From assembly GCF_902652985.1 (NCBI RefSeq), contig NC_047025.1, positions 20,770,001-20,834,000 of the forward strand: a DNA stretch of 64,000 nucleotides, written 5' to 3'. This DNA is from Pecten maximus. Taxonomy: Eukaryota. A program made the translations under genes and the position numbers. Under the pieces are notes generated by a model. It had not been told where the DNA came from. It was given only the letters and a program-made list of their open reading frames with translations, and did no database searches. Positions within the stretch are counted from its first letter, which is position 1. The number at the start of each line of letters is the position of its first letter. Shown in pieces: positions 13,001 through 26,660 of this stretch.

Positions 13001-13340
13001 ACATTGACTGATGCTAAAATCCCGATAACCACATTTATCTTGCTGTGATATAACGGTATATAAGATCTTGTTACAATTACTAGAGCCTTATTTAATTTTA
13101 CTGTACATATTTGGTAATTATCTTTATAGTCAGCAGAAGTGAGCAAAAGTCATCTAGTTCAATCCTTAAACATACAGAATGCTATATTCCCAGGATTCAT
13201 TCCACCCTGTAGGGTTATTTCTGTCAATTTCCCGGTCTTGAGCTCTTCTTGTCCACCAACTAAACACAAATAAAATTTACGGAATTATGATTTCGATATT
13301 AGAAATCAAGATAAACACGTAAAAATGGTTTACGAAATAT

Positions 13341-13346
13341 TTTAAT
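13341..13346 (-). terminator. Candidate polyadenylation signal (ATTAAA) for the GPCR; alternative AATAAA at 14565-14570
   Basis: Hexamer followed on the minus strand by a GT/T-rich stretch. Motif evidence only. Confidence 0.3.
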
Positions 13347-15069
13347 GAAATGTGTATGAATACGAAAAAAAGTACCAAATGACATACATGAAGTTTAAAA
13401 CAATACACTTTAAACCGAGACGTCGGGGTTGCAAACTGATCTGTTACTTTTAATGGCTAACCTGAAAGTGTTCACTTTACAGAGCCATATCACAAAAAAC
13501 CGGATCACTCATGGTTCCATAACGTAAAAAGTTAATTCGTATAACCAAGCTACATTTATATGACATGAGGTTATTACTGTCTTTGGCGAACTCTTTCCTC
13601 TGATAAATCATTACGCAACGCTTTTAGCCAATCAAAAGCATCGTTACAAACAGCGACGTCATTTTTTTAATGTTATGGGAAGATAACAAATCTTTAATAC
13701 AATAAATTGCTAATTTTAAGTATTATTTTAATAGATACATAAACACAATTTAATTCAGTGTATCGAAATAACACGTTCGTCAATTTTCAGTTTGGTTTTG
13801 AAATATCTTTGAAAGCAATCAAACCAGTCAGGCAATGCACACTCCCGATATTTACTGCAAGACAAAATACATACAATGTACATAAATATATAAAATCTAC
13901 GCTGTATATCCATAACAAACACATTGTGATAAATTCTATTAGCAAATTACGACGAACAGAGAGTAACAGATTATTATTTAACTGAATAGGTAAATTCTTT
14001 AAAAAGAAACAGACAATACAAAAAATACAACAATGTTCAAAAATTAAGTTACTCATAAATATGAATAATTATGGAAATTAAGCAAAGATATTCTGGTCCC
14101 AGGTAACTCTTCCAAGCAAGTTACGTTCATATTTTGTGACGAATTCTCCAGTACACAAGACTTGATAGAAGCAACCTCTTCCAGGAGGTTCCTTTCTAGA
14201 TTCCTTGTTGTAGACCGTGATGCACTATGAGGAAGCTTGTACCAGAAGTTTTAACAGGAATATAAATATATATCATCCTTTACATCAGTGTAAAACATCT
14301 TCAATTCATTTATAATTTAGTAAAATATGTTTGTTTGAATTCGTGAGATGTATTTACGCCGTTGGTATAACTCTTATAACAGCTCTCGAATAATTATTTA
14401 GCTTTTTAACATTGTAACCATACTGAATAACCTCTCCTACATGGGATTTGTCAGTGATATACACGCAGCACTATGGTTTTTTTATAGTGAAACATAATAA
14501 TGAAATTCACGGAAGATAAGTAAATAACAAATTGTATTATTGTCACTCAAAGACAAATTTGATATTTATTACTGAGGATAATTTGGTACACGACCACGTT
14601 ATTTATAAAACAGGACAACGGTACAAATGAGTAAGTTTAAAGCGATGGCTGTGATGATATGAACGATGAATAATACATATGTGCTAATCCGATGACGACG
14701 ATGATAGCATAATGGTGATGACATTGATAATAAAATGATCGATGGCAATATCAGTACTTATTTGAGTTTGAGTGTCCAGCACCTTTTAAACAATTAAGTT
14801 CAATTAATGCCATGCTTAATGCACATGCGCATTGGTGTCACTGCCACGTGATGTACCAGCACCAGGTTCCAGCACCAAATAGCCCCATTCAGTGATCAGC
14901 GTCCAGGAAAAACACTCGTTAATGGAATTCTATGGAATCAGTGCAGATTAATTCCTGGATTTCGAACACATTCATATGCATATATATGTATGGATTTTCT
15001 TTTTGAGTCAAACTATTGTAAGATCATAAATATCAAAATACAAACGTAATAAATAAAAGTGTTAAATCT

Positions 15070-16284
15070 TCATACATCTCTGTTACGACAACAACAACAT
15101 GCGAGGCACTTCTTAAAAAGCGCCTTCGTGTCCTTTCGGAAGTTTACATTGAGAAAACTATAGATGACTGGATTTATTGCGTTATTGATGAAGTACGACT
15201 TGGAACCGAATTTATAGGCCACTTCTCCGGCTGGGTCCAGACCAGACTCAAAGTCTCTCTTTATACTGCGGACGACCATGAAGATCAGGAATGGAAGAAA
15301 ACTGACAACGTAAGCAACCGTGACGGCAAATAGAACGACAGTGGTTCTTGTCACGCGGATTTGGTGCTTTTGTCCACGCTTTTTGAAAACATTCCGTGAC
15401 GCCGTGGAATTCCTGCGCGTGTCGTCCCAATTAGCTTCCTGATCTGACGACATTTCGGTGCTGATAGGGTCAGAAGAAACACGGTCCGAGGCCGTGCTGT
15501 CGTTGAATGTCCTATCTTTACTTGGAGGCATTTCTGGTGCCTTTTCACCGATCTTGATTTTCTTTCTTGTCCATATGACAGCGCCTATTTTAGAATAAAT
15601 GACGGTAAAGAAGATGACACAAGCGATGAAGAGAAGAAACAACACTCCATAGTATAGTGTTGGGTACAAGGTATGTCGCATTGAGTCATCAGTAGAGCAA
15701 TCAACGCCCACAATACCCTCGATGCCTACGTCGACCGTCTTCTCGCCGAAGATGATACATGCGGGCCATGACGTCAAAACTCCTATAATTATAGCTATAA
15801 CGCAGATAACCTTAGCGGTTTTTACCGAGATCTGTTTTCCCAGTCTACATATCCTGTAGTATCTGTCGAACGCCACAGCGATGAGGGTGATTGACGACCC
15901 AATAGTCGATACCGATTCGCTAAAGCGCAAAAGTTTACACGCCGCTGGGGCATAAAACATATACGGGTATCTGAGATCTGCCACTTCTGTTGGCATGCCA
16001 ACTAAACATGTCAAAAGGTCAAGGACAGCGAGGTTAAGAATGAAGAAATGCGAAGATGATTTTGTTTTCTTGTTCCAGTAGACGAAAAACACAACAATAT
16101 TTCCGATAGTTCCAACTAGAAGAAGCACCATCATGTATATAATCACTGGTAAATATTGCACAGCCTTCTCGTCGTTCAACCTCCGGAGAATCACTTCCAC
16201 TTCCTCTGCACTTAGCGACGTGGATATGTTAGTAGAAGGAATCATAGTGGTATTGTTCGTGTAAGATGTCGGAGTAAAGGCCAT
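15070..16284 (-). CDS. Class A (rhodopsin-like) orphan peptide-receptor-like GPCR, 404 aa, single coding exon (type usually annotated CCK/orexin-receptor-like in molluscs)
   Basis: Seven hydrophobic segments. Motifs: GN (TM1), LAVLD (TM2), Cys at the top of TM3 and in ECL2, DRY, SWP (TM4), SFLP (TM6), NPVIY (TM7), helix 8 FRKD and a C-terminal CCCC. N-terminal sequons NNT/NTT/NIS. The first ATG is at 16284; the track start at 16290 is TTG. Confidence 0.96.
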   Translation of the reverse strand: MAFTPTSYTNNTTMIPSTNISTSLSAEEVEVILRRLNDEKAVQYLPVIIYMMVLLLVGTIGNIVVFFVYWNKKTKSSSHFFILNLAVLDLLTCLVGMPTEVADLRYPYMFYAPAACKLLRFSESVSTIGSSITLIAVAFDRYYRICRLGKQISVKTAKVICVIAIIIGVLTSWPACIIFGEKTVDVGIEGIVGVDCSTDDSMRHTLYPTLYYGVLFLLFIACVIFFTVIYSKIGAVIWTRKKIKIGEKAPEMPPSKDRTFNDSTASDRVSSDPISTEMSSDQEANWDDTRRNSTASRNVFKKRGQKHQIRVTRTTVVLFAVTVAYVVSFLPFLIFMVVRSIKRDFESGLDPAGEVAYKFGSKSYFINNAINPVIYSFLNVNFRKDTKALFKKCLACCCCRNRDV

Positions 16285-16362
16285 AGTCAATAAATCCCAA
16301 ATGTTCAGCTCTGCTGGTAAATCACCCAGGTATCAGTAGATCACTTCTCCGATATTCAGCAT

Positions 16363-16380
16363 CTATCAAAAGAAAAAATA
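16363..16380 (-). promoter_or_regulatory. 3' splice acceptor of the GPCR 5'-UTR intron
   Basis: Minus strand tattttttcttttgatAG|atgctg: polypyrimidine tract plus TAG, 78 nt upstream of the ATG. Confidence 0.75.
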
Positions 16381-17369
16381 ATAATAAGATTTATTCATGC
16401 TCGGTATAAAAGTTTTATCCATCAATGAAAAGTGACAAACGGGACCGATCACTAAAGAATGTATCAAGTATCGTGACTGACCTTCTTACCCCAAGTGATA
16501 TATCGGAAACTCTTATAGTAAAAGGTCGCCGATTGTTGTTAATATCGAGTCTGATCAAAATTCGAGCTCCGATTTCTGATTTTGTCGATAGGTCTTACAA
16601 AATATCTAGTAGTCCGCTAACAAGCTCAAGGTTAGCTAACGTTCGTGCTTAACACATCGTCCTGAAGTAGAGCTTCTTGCCTTTAACATTTTATATAGAG
16701 AGAGATAGATTGTTTGAACCGAAAGTGACCATATTGATATAACAATGCCCATGGTAGAGTGGCGGTCAAATAACTATACTATGACCAATCATACAAATGT
16801 CGTGGTCTGTGGAGTTTCACGAAACCCTCCTAACAATGTGCTCCCGTGGAACACGAGTACGTTTTATAATCCTAAACAGCATCATACAGTCGTCCACCAT
16901 CCCACCGATACAAAATCGATTTTTTTAGCAAACATCAACTATCACACTATTTAGACAGATGGTCAAGTGTCCGAAGCCTTTCAGAGAGTGGACATTCTGA
17001 GAGGGACTTTGGTCCAGGAGTCACGTTAAAATCCCTCCCTGACACTCACCGGACCACAGTAGTCCAACACACGACAGATATAGAAACGCGGTGTAGCTAT
17101 TACCATGACCTTTAAGTTATGTATTATATACCGAACTGCCTGTCTGTCCCGTGTCAGACCAAACATAGGCAACATTTTGACATTCGTATTTTTAATGACA
17201 CGTCAAATTAACACTGACAGACTGTTTATACGTACATTTCCACGTGAATAACAGACAGTGTTCCGGTCACATTGTTACTGTGAGATAAGTATTAAATAGT
17301 TTGAGTACTTACAACAATAGTAATGATGGGGTTTCGTTGTAATGGTAAAGTTGAATATCCTTGTAAGAG

Positions 17370-17840
17370 TTATGAATATTGTAAAACCATATATAAGTAT
17401 GATATTATTGTAAGTATATATTGGTATAAACTATTGTAAATATATATTAGCACTGAGTGTTGTCTAATCGTTCTAAATTTGAATTAGTAATGATTATTGT
17501 AAATGTGAATTAGTATTAATTATTGTAAATGTGAATTAGTATTAATTATTGTAAATGTATGTTAGTACATAATATTTTAAATTTGAATCAGTATTGATTA
17601 TTATTAGTACTTAGTGTATTGCATTTTGATAAGTGTTAATTGCTATAAATGTACATCAGTACAAATCTACTTATTATATTGAATTTGAATTAGTATTAAT
17701 TGTAATGTATTACTATCAAACTGATCCGGATATGTTGTTTTTAATATTAGTTGTGACTATTTTCCGGACTAGGTGTTCCGGGATGGTTTTATGTATTAGC
17801 AATACATAATTATTGCAAATGTACATTGGTACATAATATT
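17370..17840. repeat. Highly degenerate AT-rich ~26-bp tandem repeat (ttattgtaaatgtgaattagtattaa)
   Basis: Near-identical adjacent copies at ~17494-17570 with decayed copies around them. Confidence 0.6.
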
Positions 17841-19040
17841 AGTTTACGTCCGACACGGTGCCACTAACTACATGAGGTTAAACGAAGTTGGACACAACAT
17901 AACAACCTCTAAAGAACCAGAAACATGTATTAGGGTTGTATAAGTGTTACGTTTTTCAGACAGAGCGGGAATATCAAGGCTACCTCAAGTCTGGTGATGT
18001 ATGGGGTATGACGCCGTATAGATGTATCCTCGACGAGAAATGGACACATAAATAAACGAGACGCTTCATTTTAATACCAAGTACTCCATAATCACCATAT
18101 GATGTATGGGAAACCTTTGTCCGACACGGAGATAAAGGGCTTTGTCCTCGTGGTCAAGGATAAGTGACCGCTATGGACATGGTCAAGGGATAAAGAAGGA
18201 TATCTCAGCAGGTGTTATAATGGACAGCATCAGTGGTCAAGACTTATTTGTTATATTGGTCAGTAATGTCCGTAGCGCCACCCTCCGATCGTTACGGACA
18301 CATAGTTATTCAACCTATAAACTACGCTCGGAGTGTTAAGTTTGGACTCGCGTCCTATACATCATCACAGCTAGGGGTCGGGATCATCCTCGTGGTGGAC
18401 AATTAAATATATCCCCGTATACATGGACAATGTATCACACAATCACACTACAATATTGTATACTAGTACTAGTTTACGTGGCCTAAAGACAACAAGACTC
18501 CCAGCTGAAGTAGTCCATGATCTAGTTTATCAGCGAAAATCCAACGATATCAACACAACAACCACGGGTACTTGGCGTAAGTACCCCATCCAGGGTCCAT
18601 ACCCGTCCGTATATACCTACACTTGGAATGTATCGAGACAGATCGAAGGTTTGATGTTCACGCCGTTTCCGGTAAAGGTTCAGTGTGAACATACCTTATT
18701 GCAATAAAGCGAACGAATTGGTGAAAACGTAGACGTAATGTCTCTTCTATGATAAATGGACAGATCAGCGTCAGGCATGTTATTAGATTTGTACATATTC
18801 AATATATATTACATTTTATTACATCTAACGATAATTATAATTTTATATCAATAAATACATGTATCTAATTATACCTACAGAAATCTAAGTGCGATGCAAA
18901 CCAGTTGTAATGTTAACATGTACTCAAATTAGCACGGAACTCGATATCCCCGTATAATCCTCGTGTTATTTAAAACACACGAAAAAAAACTTAAAACCAG
19001 AAACAAACCTGCTTACTTAAACATTTTCCTGTCACGCATC

Positions 19041-21270
19041 CGTACAGTATAATGTCCCAGGGTTCCTGACTGAGATGTTACCCTAACACAGACGTACAGT
19101 ACAAGGTCCCAGGGTTCCTGACTGAGATGTTACCCTAACACAGACGTACAGTACAAGGTCCCATGCAGAGTTCCTGACTGAGATGTTACCCTAACACAGA
19201 CGTACAGTACAAGGTCCCAGGGTTCCTGACTGAGATGTTACCCTAACACAGACGTACAGTACAAGGTCCCAGGGTTCCTGACTGAGATGTTACCCTAACA
19301 CAGACGTACAGTATAATGTCCCAGGGTTCCTGACTGAGATGTTACCCTAACACAGACGTACAGTACAAGGTCCCAGGGTTCCTGACTGAGATGTTACCCT
19401 AACACAGACGTACAGTACAAGGTCCCAGGGTTCCTGACCGAGATGTTACCCTAACACAGACGTACAGTACAAGGTCCCAGGGTTCCTGACTGAGATGTTA
19501 CCCTAACACAGACGTACAGTACAAGGTCCGAGGGTTCCTGACTGAGATGTTACCCTAACACAGACGTACAGTACAATGTCCCAGGGTTCCTGACTGAGAT
19601 GTTGTCCCTAACACAGACGTACAGTACAAGGTCCGAGGGTTCCTGACTGAGATGTTACCCTAACACAGACGTACAGTACAATGGCCCAGGGTTCCTGACC
19701 GAGATGTTACCCTAACACAGACGTACAGTACAATGTCCTAGGGTTCCTGGCCGAGATGTTACCCTAACACAGACGTACAGTACAATGTCCCAGGGTTCCT
19801 GACCGAGATGTTACCCTAACACAGACGTACAGTACAAGGTCCCAGGGTTTCCTGACTGAGATGTTACCCTAACACAGACGTACAGTACAAGGTCCCAGGG
19901 TTTCCTGACTGAGATGTTACCCTAACACAGACGTACAGTACAAGGTCCCAGGGTTCCTGACTGAGATGTTACCCTAACACAGACGTACAGTATAATGTCC
20001 CAGGGTTCCTGACTGAGATGTTACCCTAACACAGACGTACAGTACAAGGCCCCAGGGTTCCTGACCGAGATGTTACCCTAACACAGACGTACAGTACAAG
20101 GTCCCAGGGTTCCTGACTGAGATGTTACCCTAACACAGTACAAGGTACCGGGGTTCCTGACTGAGATATGTTACCCTAACACAGACTACAGTACAAGGTC
20201 CCAGGGTTCCTGACTGAGATGCTACCCTAACACAGACGTACAGTACAAGGTCCCAGGGTTCCTGACCGAGATGTTACCCTAACACAGACGTACAGTACAA
20301 GGTCCCAGGGTTTCCTGACTGAGATGCTACCCTAACACAGACGTACAGTACAAGGTCCCAGGGTTCCTGACTGAGATGTTACCCTAACACAGACGTACAG
20401 TATAATGTCCCAGGGTTCCTGACCGAGCTGTTACCCTAACACAGACGTACAGTACAAGGTCCCAGGGTTCCTGACTGAGATGTTACCCTAACACAGACGT
20501 ACAGTACAAGGTACCAGGGTTCGTGACTGAGATGTTACCCTAACACAGACGTACAGTACAAGGTCCCAGGGTTCCTGACTGAGATGTTACCCTAACACAG
20601 ACGTACAGTACAAGGTCCCAGGGTTTCCTGACTGAGATGTTACCCTAACACAGACGTACAGTACAAGGTCCCAGGGTTCCTGACTGAGATGTTACCCTAA
20701 CACAGACGTACAGTACAAGGTCCCAGGGTTTCCTGACTGAGATGTTACCCTAACACAGACGTACAGTACAATGTCCCAGGGTTCCTGACCGAGATGTTAC
20801 CCTAACACAGACGTACAGTACAAGGTCCCAGGGTTCCTGACTGAGATGTTACCCTAACACAGACGTACAGTACAAGGTCCCAGGGTTTCCTGACTGAGAT
20901 GTTACCCTAACACAGACGTACAGTACAATGTCCCAGGGTTCCTGACCGAGATGTTACCCTAACACAGACGTACAGTACAAGGTCCCAGGGTTTCCTGACT
21001 GAGATGTTACCCTAACACAGACGTACAGTACAAGGTCCCAGGGTTTCCTGACTGAGATGTTACCCTAACACAGACGTACAGTACAAGGTCCCAGGGTTCC
21101 TGACTGAGATGTTACCCTAACACAGACGTACAGTATAATGTCCCAGGGTTCCTGTCTGAGATGTTATCCTAACACAGACGTACAGTACAAGGTCCCAGGG
21201 TTCCTGACTGAGATGTTACCCTAACACAGACGTACAGTACAAGGTCCCATGGTTCCTGTCCGAGCTGTAT
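19041..21270. repeat. Minisatellite, 52-bp unit (gtacagtacaaggtcccagggttcctgactgagatgttaccctaacacagac), ~43 copies
   Basis: Period of 52 (19042, 19094, ...). Confidence 0.98.
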
Positions 21271-22862
21271 CTAACATGTTCTATAAGACGCGAGTAAGTG
21301 GTCGTTTCACTTTACTAGTACTTCAATGTAAGACAGAATCACGTGTTGGTTTTAGATCTTACACGAGTTCAATGGACGACACCCTTATAAGAATGATTCT
21401 TGTGTTTGGTAAGTGAGAATACTTTAGCAGAAGTGAGTTATTGATTTTACAGATTTGAAATGGAATTAACGACCAGCCAACGTTTTGATATGCATTAGCT
21501 TGCAATTGAAGTGAAAAGATTTTATCCATTAGGAATTGATCGCCATCTAAATTTGTCGACGCATTCTTTATTTTATTTTTACACGTCGACTACATTACAG
21601 AAAATGTTGCTACTGGATTGATCATGGTCTGATGAACACGTGTTAATGATGTTTAAACCACAGACGTTAGTGTGTCTGATTACCTGGAACTATCACATCA
21701 TTTCATAGGAGGATGCGGTTTCTTTATATTGATGTATTGGTTTAAAGTCACATCACGATATATGATGTAGACAATTATATAATCAGAAAAATACAGATAT
21801 TGCATGATGTATAAGTACACCAACCAGATATGATATATAGACCAACCAGATATCAACAAGATATGATGTATAAATACACCAAACAGATATGTTGTATATA
21901 TTGACCAATCAAATGTGTTGCACTGAATGAAAATCATTTGTTTATTTGTGACGTTTCATAGCGGTTAGTTTTAAATACCCGAGAAACAGCTTCAAAACGT
22001 TATCAATTAGATGTTTGAACCACTAATGGTAAACAAATTGTATATAAACCTATTATCGCCTCTGAATCATAAGATACGCGAATGGTACATTTTTATTGAT
22101 GACACATCGTTATTTTTCATCTTCGTTCATCTGATAATAGATTATGTTCATATTAAATTGAAGTACTTTTAGATGATAAATGGTTGATAAATATAAAGTT
22201 TCGTAAGTCCATATATAGATGTTTTATAACGTTTACTGATCACAGATGTATTTATCTCGCAGTACAATTATCCTCCAATGTGTATCAGGTCTGTGTGTTG
22301 ATAGCTTTTCTTTATTTAAATGGAATGTATGGAAATAATTATCACCCCATCAGCCTCACTATAAAAACCTGATACCACAAGTTACCAAATAAAAACCTCT
22401 CCAATCAACTTTAACAGAATTCTGAAATGCCTTAGTACAGTATATGCTACGAGCCCTTTATACAGGATAGAAATACAAAGCATACCTGATGGAATCCCGG
22501 GGGTCAGATTGTGACGATATAGATACCACACCCACCACCATATCATATCAAGTCAGGGACATTTGATACCCCCGATATTCCCATAATGGTACAGCCTATA
22601 ATGGGAACAAGCCATGACGATATAGATAGAAGGGGTGTCTGTTCCTACTATATCTGTGGTGTTTACTGCCTTGTAGATCTGCACTTGTTGGTATCTGATG
22701 GGAGAATCTATATATTCGACAGAGGCATTAAATTTAACCTCAACTCTGTTTTACTTGGTAAATTAGACAGGCCACCAACCCTAAGTTTGTTGTTAAGAAT
22801 TGCTAATATCAATTTTGATACTAGGTTATCTCCCCCTAGTTTGAAACTTTGGTCTCCAGAAT

Positions 22863-23014
22863 CACAGGGACTTGAGAATTTGTTACAGTCTACATGTATT
22901 TGGACCCCCCCCCCCCCCCCCCCCCCCCCCCAAAAAAAACGTCTCAAAATGTGCTATACACACAAGGGAAGGTCCAAATACATGTAGACTGTTACTAATT
23001 CTCAAGTCCCTGTG
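22863..23014. mobile_element. 152-bp MITE with 44-bp TIRs and an 8-bp TSD (P- or hAT-type)
   Basis: TIR cacagggacttgagaatttgttacagtctacatgtatttggacc matches its inverted copy at 42/44. TSD tccagaat at 22855-22862 and 23015-23022. Confidence 0.92.
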
Positions 23015-24132
23015 TCCAGAATCAGACATATACAGACAAGAATCATAAAGCTCAATTTAATTAAAAATTTGATATTCTAGAGCCAGAGGTCCAGTCTATT
23101 GGTAAGTATACAATATCACTACTTCAAAACGAAACAAAACACAAATAAACCGTTATACCGAAACGGTATAAGTAACTAATTTAAGCATCAACGAAGGAAT
23201 AAACCGCCTCGGTGATGACAATTTTCTGGTTATAGCCTACCTCAGTAATGATATTCTGGGTATATATTACCTCGGTAACTCTGCAACAGTCAATAATCAT
23301 CATTTACAGAAAATGTTATAATCACATATACTAATATCATCATACGACATTTCTCCCATTTACTTAATGTATGTGACGTCTTCTAACACACCAACTGTGT
23401 CAGAGTGATTGGATAAAACCTTAAAACCTTTTACAAAAAGATGATGATGATGATGACGATTTTTTTAATCCTACCTCGAAAATGATGATATATCATCTCG
23501 GAAACGAAAAAGATGATGATGACGATATTCTGGGTGTATCCTACCTCCGTAACGAAACAGACGACGATGTCAGTATTGTCGATTTCCTCGCCTTGGTAAC
23601 GAAATATACATGTTCTGTCGGACAGTCCAGTGATACCCCGGGCCCAGCGTGACTCCAGCATGTCCTACTATCGTACATCATACACATCGTACAGCTACAG
23701 TGTACGATACGATACTCACGGGGCACAGTCACTGGCCAACCTCTGTCGCAAATAATACTTTTAGTGTCGACGGGGATCGCGGTTTATCTCGGTAAAATAT
23801 TTCAAGTGTATGGATTTCCTTTTTAAACAAAGCCATTCCTCTTCACTAAAGTGTACTCTATACTATACAGATATCATCATTAGTTACAGGGCAACGCCTT
23901 ACACGAAGTCTTCTACAGTAGTTAAGCATGGCGTTCATGGGATTATGAACAAACACAATGAACATCTCAATCCCATGAACCAAGTCTTCATGCAGAGAAC
24001 CGTGCTATGTTTTAATACAAAATGTATATAAATTGATATGCAAACTGTTACTTTCCTTTGGGTAGAGATGTAGGTCCACGGTGGTCAGAACGGTACTACA
24101 GGTACTCGCCTGGTCGGTCAATACAGCCAATA

Positions 24133-24343
24133 CATTGTAAACGTACATGTTTTAGCGGGCATCTTAATTTAGCGTTTTTCGCGCTAGAAGCATTGTGCTA
24201 AATTATAATTGTGCTAATTGCACTTTCTATATACTGTTTCTATATAAAATAATGTTGGTGCGCAAATTTATCAATTCGCAAACCTGTTAAAATTCGGAAA
24301 TGCGCTTAAATTCGAGTTCGCGAAATGAATTACGTTTACAGTA
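24133..24343. mobile_element. Degenerate ~210-bp TA-type MITE (Tc1/mariner-like)
   Basis: Ends tgtaaacgta...tacgtttacagta, with further decayed inverted similarity (aatttagcg / cgcttaaatt). Confidence 0.6.
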
Positions 24344-26160
24344 TATCGCAAAAAGGCCACGCATACTTATCTTTACGGGACATAAAAAGCGATTAAATAT
24401 TAGTATACAATATACATGTATGTCTATAGTAGTAAAATTCCTTGATATGTTCCTCTCTACTTTGATTCACATGCTTGGTAACACAGGCAGACAATACAAA
24501 TTGTTGGAAACTTTGATTTCGCTTAAAATTATCTATTTTGGTTATAAATATTGTTATGTAGTTCATAACATTAATAGTTACCATAAATTAAACCTCCTGG
24601 ATGTATAGTTAGAACGAGTAAGTAGCACAAAACCCATTACCGGGGTAGATTATCTGAATCAGAGACGAAGTGGGGATCAATCAGTCCTCGTCGTCAATTC
24701 CAGTTGCTTTATGTCGCGTGCGCTCTGAAATGAGTGAGTGAAATTACCTTTCGCGGCATCGTAAAAGTGTATTGTCTACCAGGAAGTGGTTAAAAGTGTC
24801 CAGACCACTTACGACGCTTGAATGACATTAATTTTAACATTGTCAATTAGGAAAAAGAATTACAAAAATGGTTGTACAATTCGACTAGAAGACAATGAAC
24901 CAGCAAGCGGAAACGCTGTGTTTTAATTCAGCGAGTTCAAGCATGAATTTTCGTGACACAACTTGAATGTGTTTGTATATGCATTCTCGACAGTTCAATG
25001 TTTATGAGAAATAAAACAATTGAATTTTATGGGGAGACCTGCCCCATGCCATCCAGAGCAATTAAGGTTGTCTCTCCCAAGGACACAACCATGACAGCAC
25101 AGACCGTTGGTTTCTCAGGTTTACCCCACCTGCAACGTCGGTCTGTACATTTAACCCTTTGGAATTGTCCGAATTATTATGCACAGGGAAACTTTAAAAG
25201 TTGTAATTAAAATCACGTGGATGGTGTTTACCATCTACAATCCATGTGTTCTGAAATTCAGTCGCCTGTCAATGTGTGCAAAGACGGAAAGCTTCAAATG
25301 GGAAGCAATTCTTATCAAAGCGTATAAATCACCGTTAATTAGGACAACGCAGAACACATACGCGCTTTCATTTTTGAAGTTTTACTATTTGTAACTGTGC
25401 ATGTGATGTCTATGTTATGGATGTTTTTAACGGTTTATCAGCCGGTGTAATTACATCAGACTCGGTGAGATACGGATCTGTAGGGTCACGTGTGATAACA
25501 TCTGACAGAAATAGTAGGCACGCTCCAGTTCAACAAGCTGTAGTAGATTTACATCAAATACTAGCTTCTGATCATGACAACCCTAGTGAGTCGACTGGTG
25601 GAGATGTTTAATTACGAGGACATTACATCTCTCAAAATCACGAAACATTTTGATTATCACGAAAACTACAGCCAATGTATTAAGGCAAACAATGTGATTG
25701 ACGATATAATTTCAAAATAATGGGACACAACTATTAAGTATACTAGGTAAATCGACAACGAGTGATTGGTAAAAACTGCAGAACTGTTGTCTCATACAGA
25801 CCAACTTTACTGCAACGTTCTAGACACACTGCATAGCCTATGACGTCACGACGTCAACAAGTGCTCGCCTGGAGGGATGAGAGCGAACGATATATCACGA
25901 GCTAGTATTCACTTTATACATCCTCTACGGGTCCTAGTAGATATGTTTACTCTGTCTAGTAATCAGACGAGGATTAATTGACAGGTACATATTGAAAATG
26001 AAGTGGATGTGAGTACTCGTATAATTGGAATAACCAATTACGTGAAAAGATGAGAAACATCGATATGGTATTAATTGGAAATAGCTAGTGTGTAGTGACA
26101 GTACAAATGTACCGTGACATGTAAACACGGGACACTTTGAAAGAGAACAAAGTGGTCATG

Positions 26161-26660
26161 GTATGTTCTTTCCTCAGCCCTCTCCTCTCTCTCACTACGA
26201 TATGTTCTTTCCTCAGCCCTCTCCTCTCTCTCACTACGATATGTTCTTTCCTCAGCCCTCTCCTCTCTCTCACTACGATATGTTCTTTCCTCAGCCCTCT
26301 CCTCTCTCTCACTACGATATGTTCTTTCCTCAGCCCTCTCCTCTCTCTCACTACGATATGTTCTTTCCTCAGCCCTCTCCTCTCTCTCACTACGATATGT
26401 TCTTTCTTCAGCCCTCTCCTCTCTCTCACTACGATATGTTCTTTCCTCAGCCCTCTCCTCTCTCTCACTACGATATGTTCTTTCTTCAGCCCTCTCCTTT
26501 CCCTCATCCTTGTATGCTCTTTCCTTTGCTTTCTCACCCCTCACCCTTGCATGCTCTTTCCTTCGCCCTCTCGTCCGCTCATTCTTGTATGCTCTTTCTT
26601 TTGCCCTCTCATACTCTCATCCTTGCTCTTTCCTCTGCCCTCTCATCCACTCACCCTAGT
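26161..26660. repeat. Pyrimidine-rich minisatellite, 39-bp unit (atatgttctttcctcagccctctcctctctctcactacg), ~8.5 good copies plus a degenerate tail
   Basis: Direct periodicity, with 13-aa repeats in several ORF frames. Confidence 0.95.

Noticed and set aside
12688-13146. 152-aa minus-strand ORF
   Set aside because: Non-ATG start, no recognisable domain, and it overlaps a repeat remnant.
16285-16290. ORF-track start of the GPCR at 16290
   Set aside because: The codon is TTG. The first in-frame ATG after the upstream stop is at 16284.
18020-18720. Possible solo LTR or extra exon
   Set aside because: No TG...CA boundaries with a TSD, no second copy and no recognisable protein motif.
19041-21270. 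Telomere-derived repeat (CCCTAA in each 52-mer; cctaa in the 38-mer)
   Set aside because: Only a single hexamer per unit with no tandem (TTAGGG)n, which is compatible with chance.
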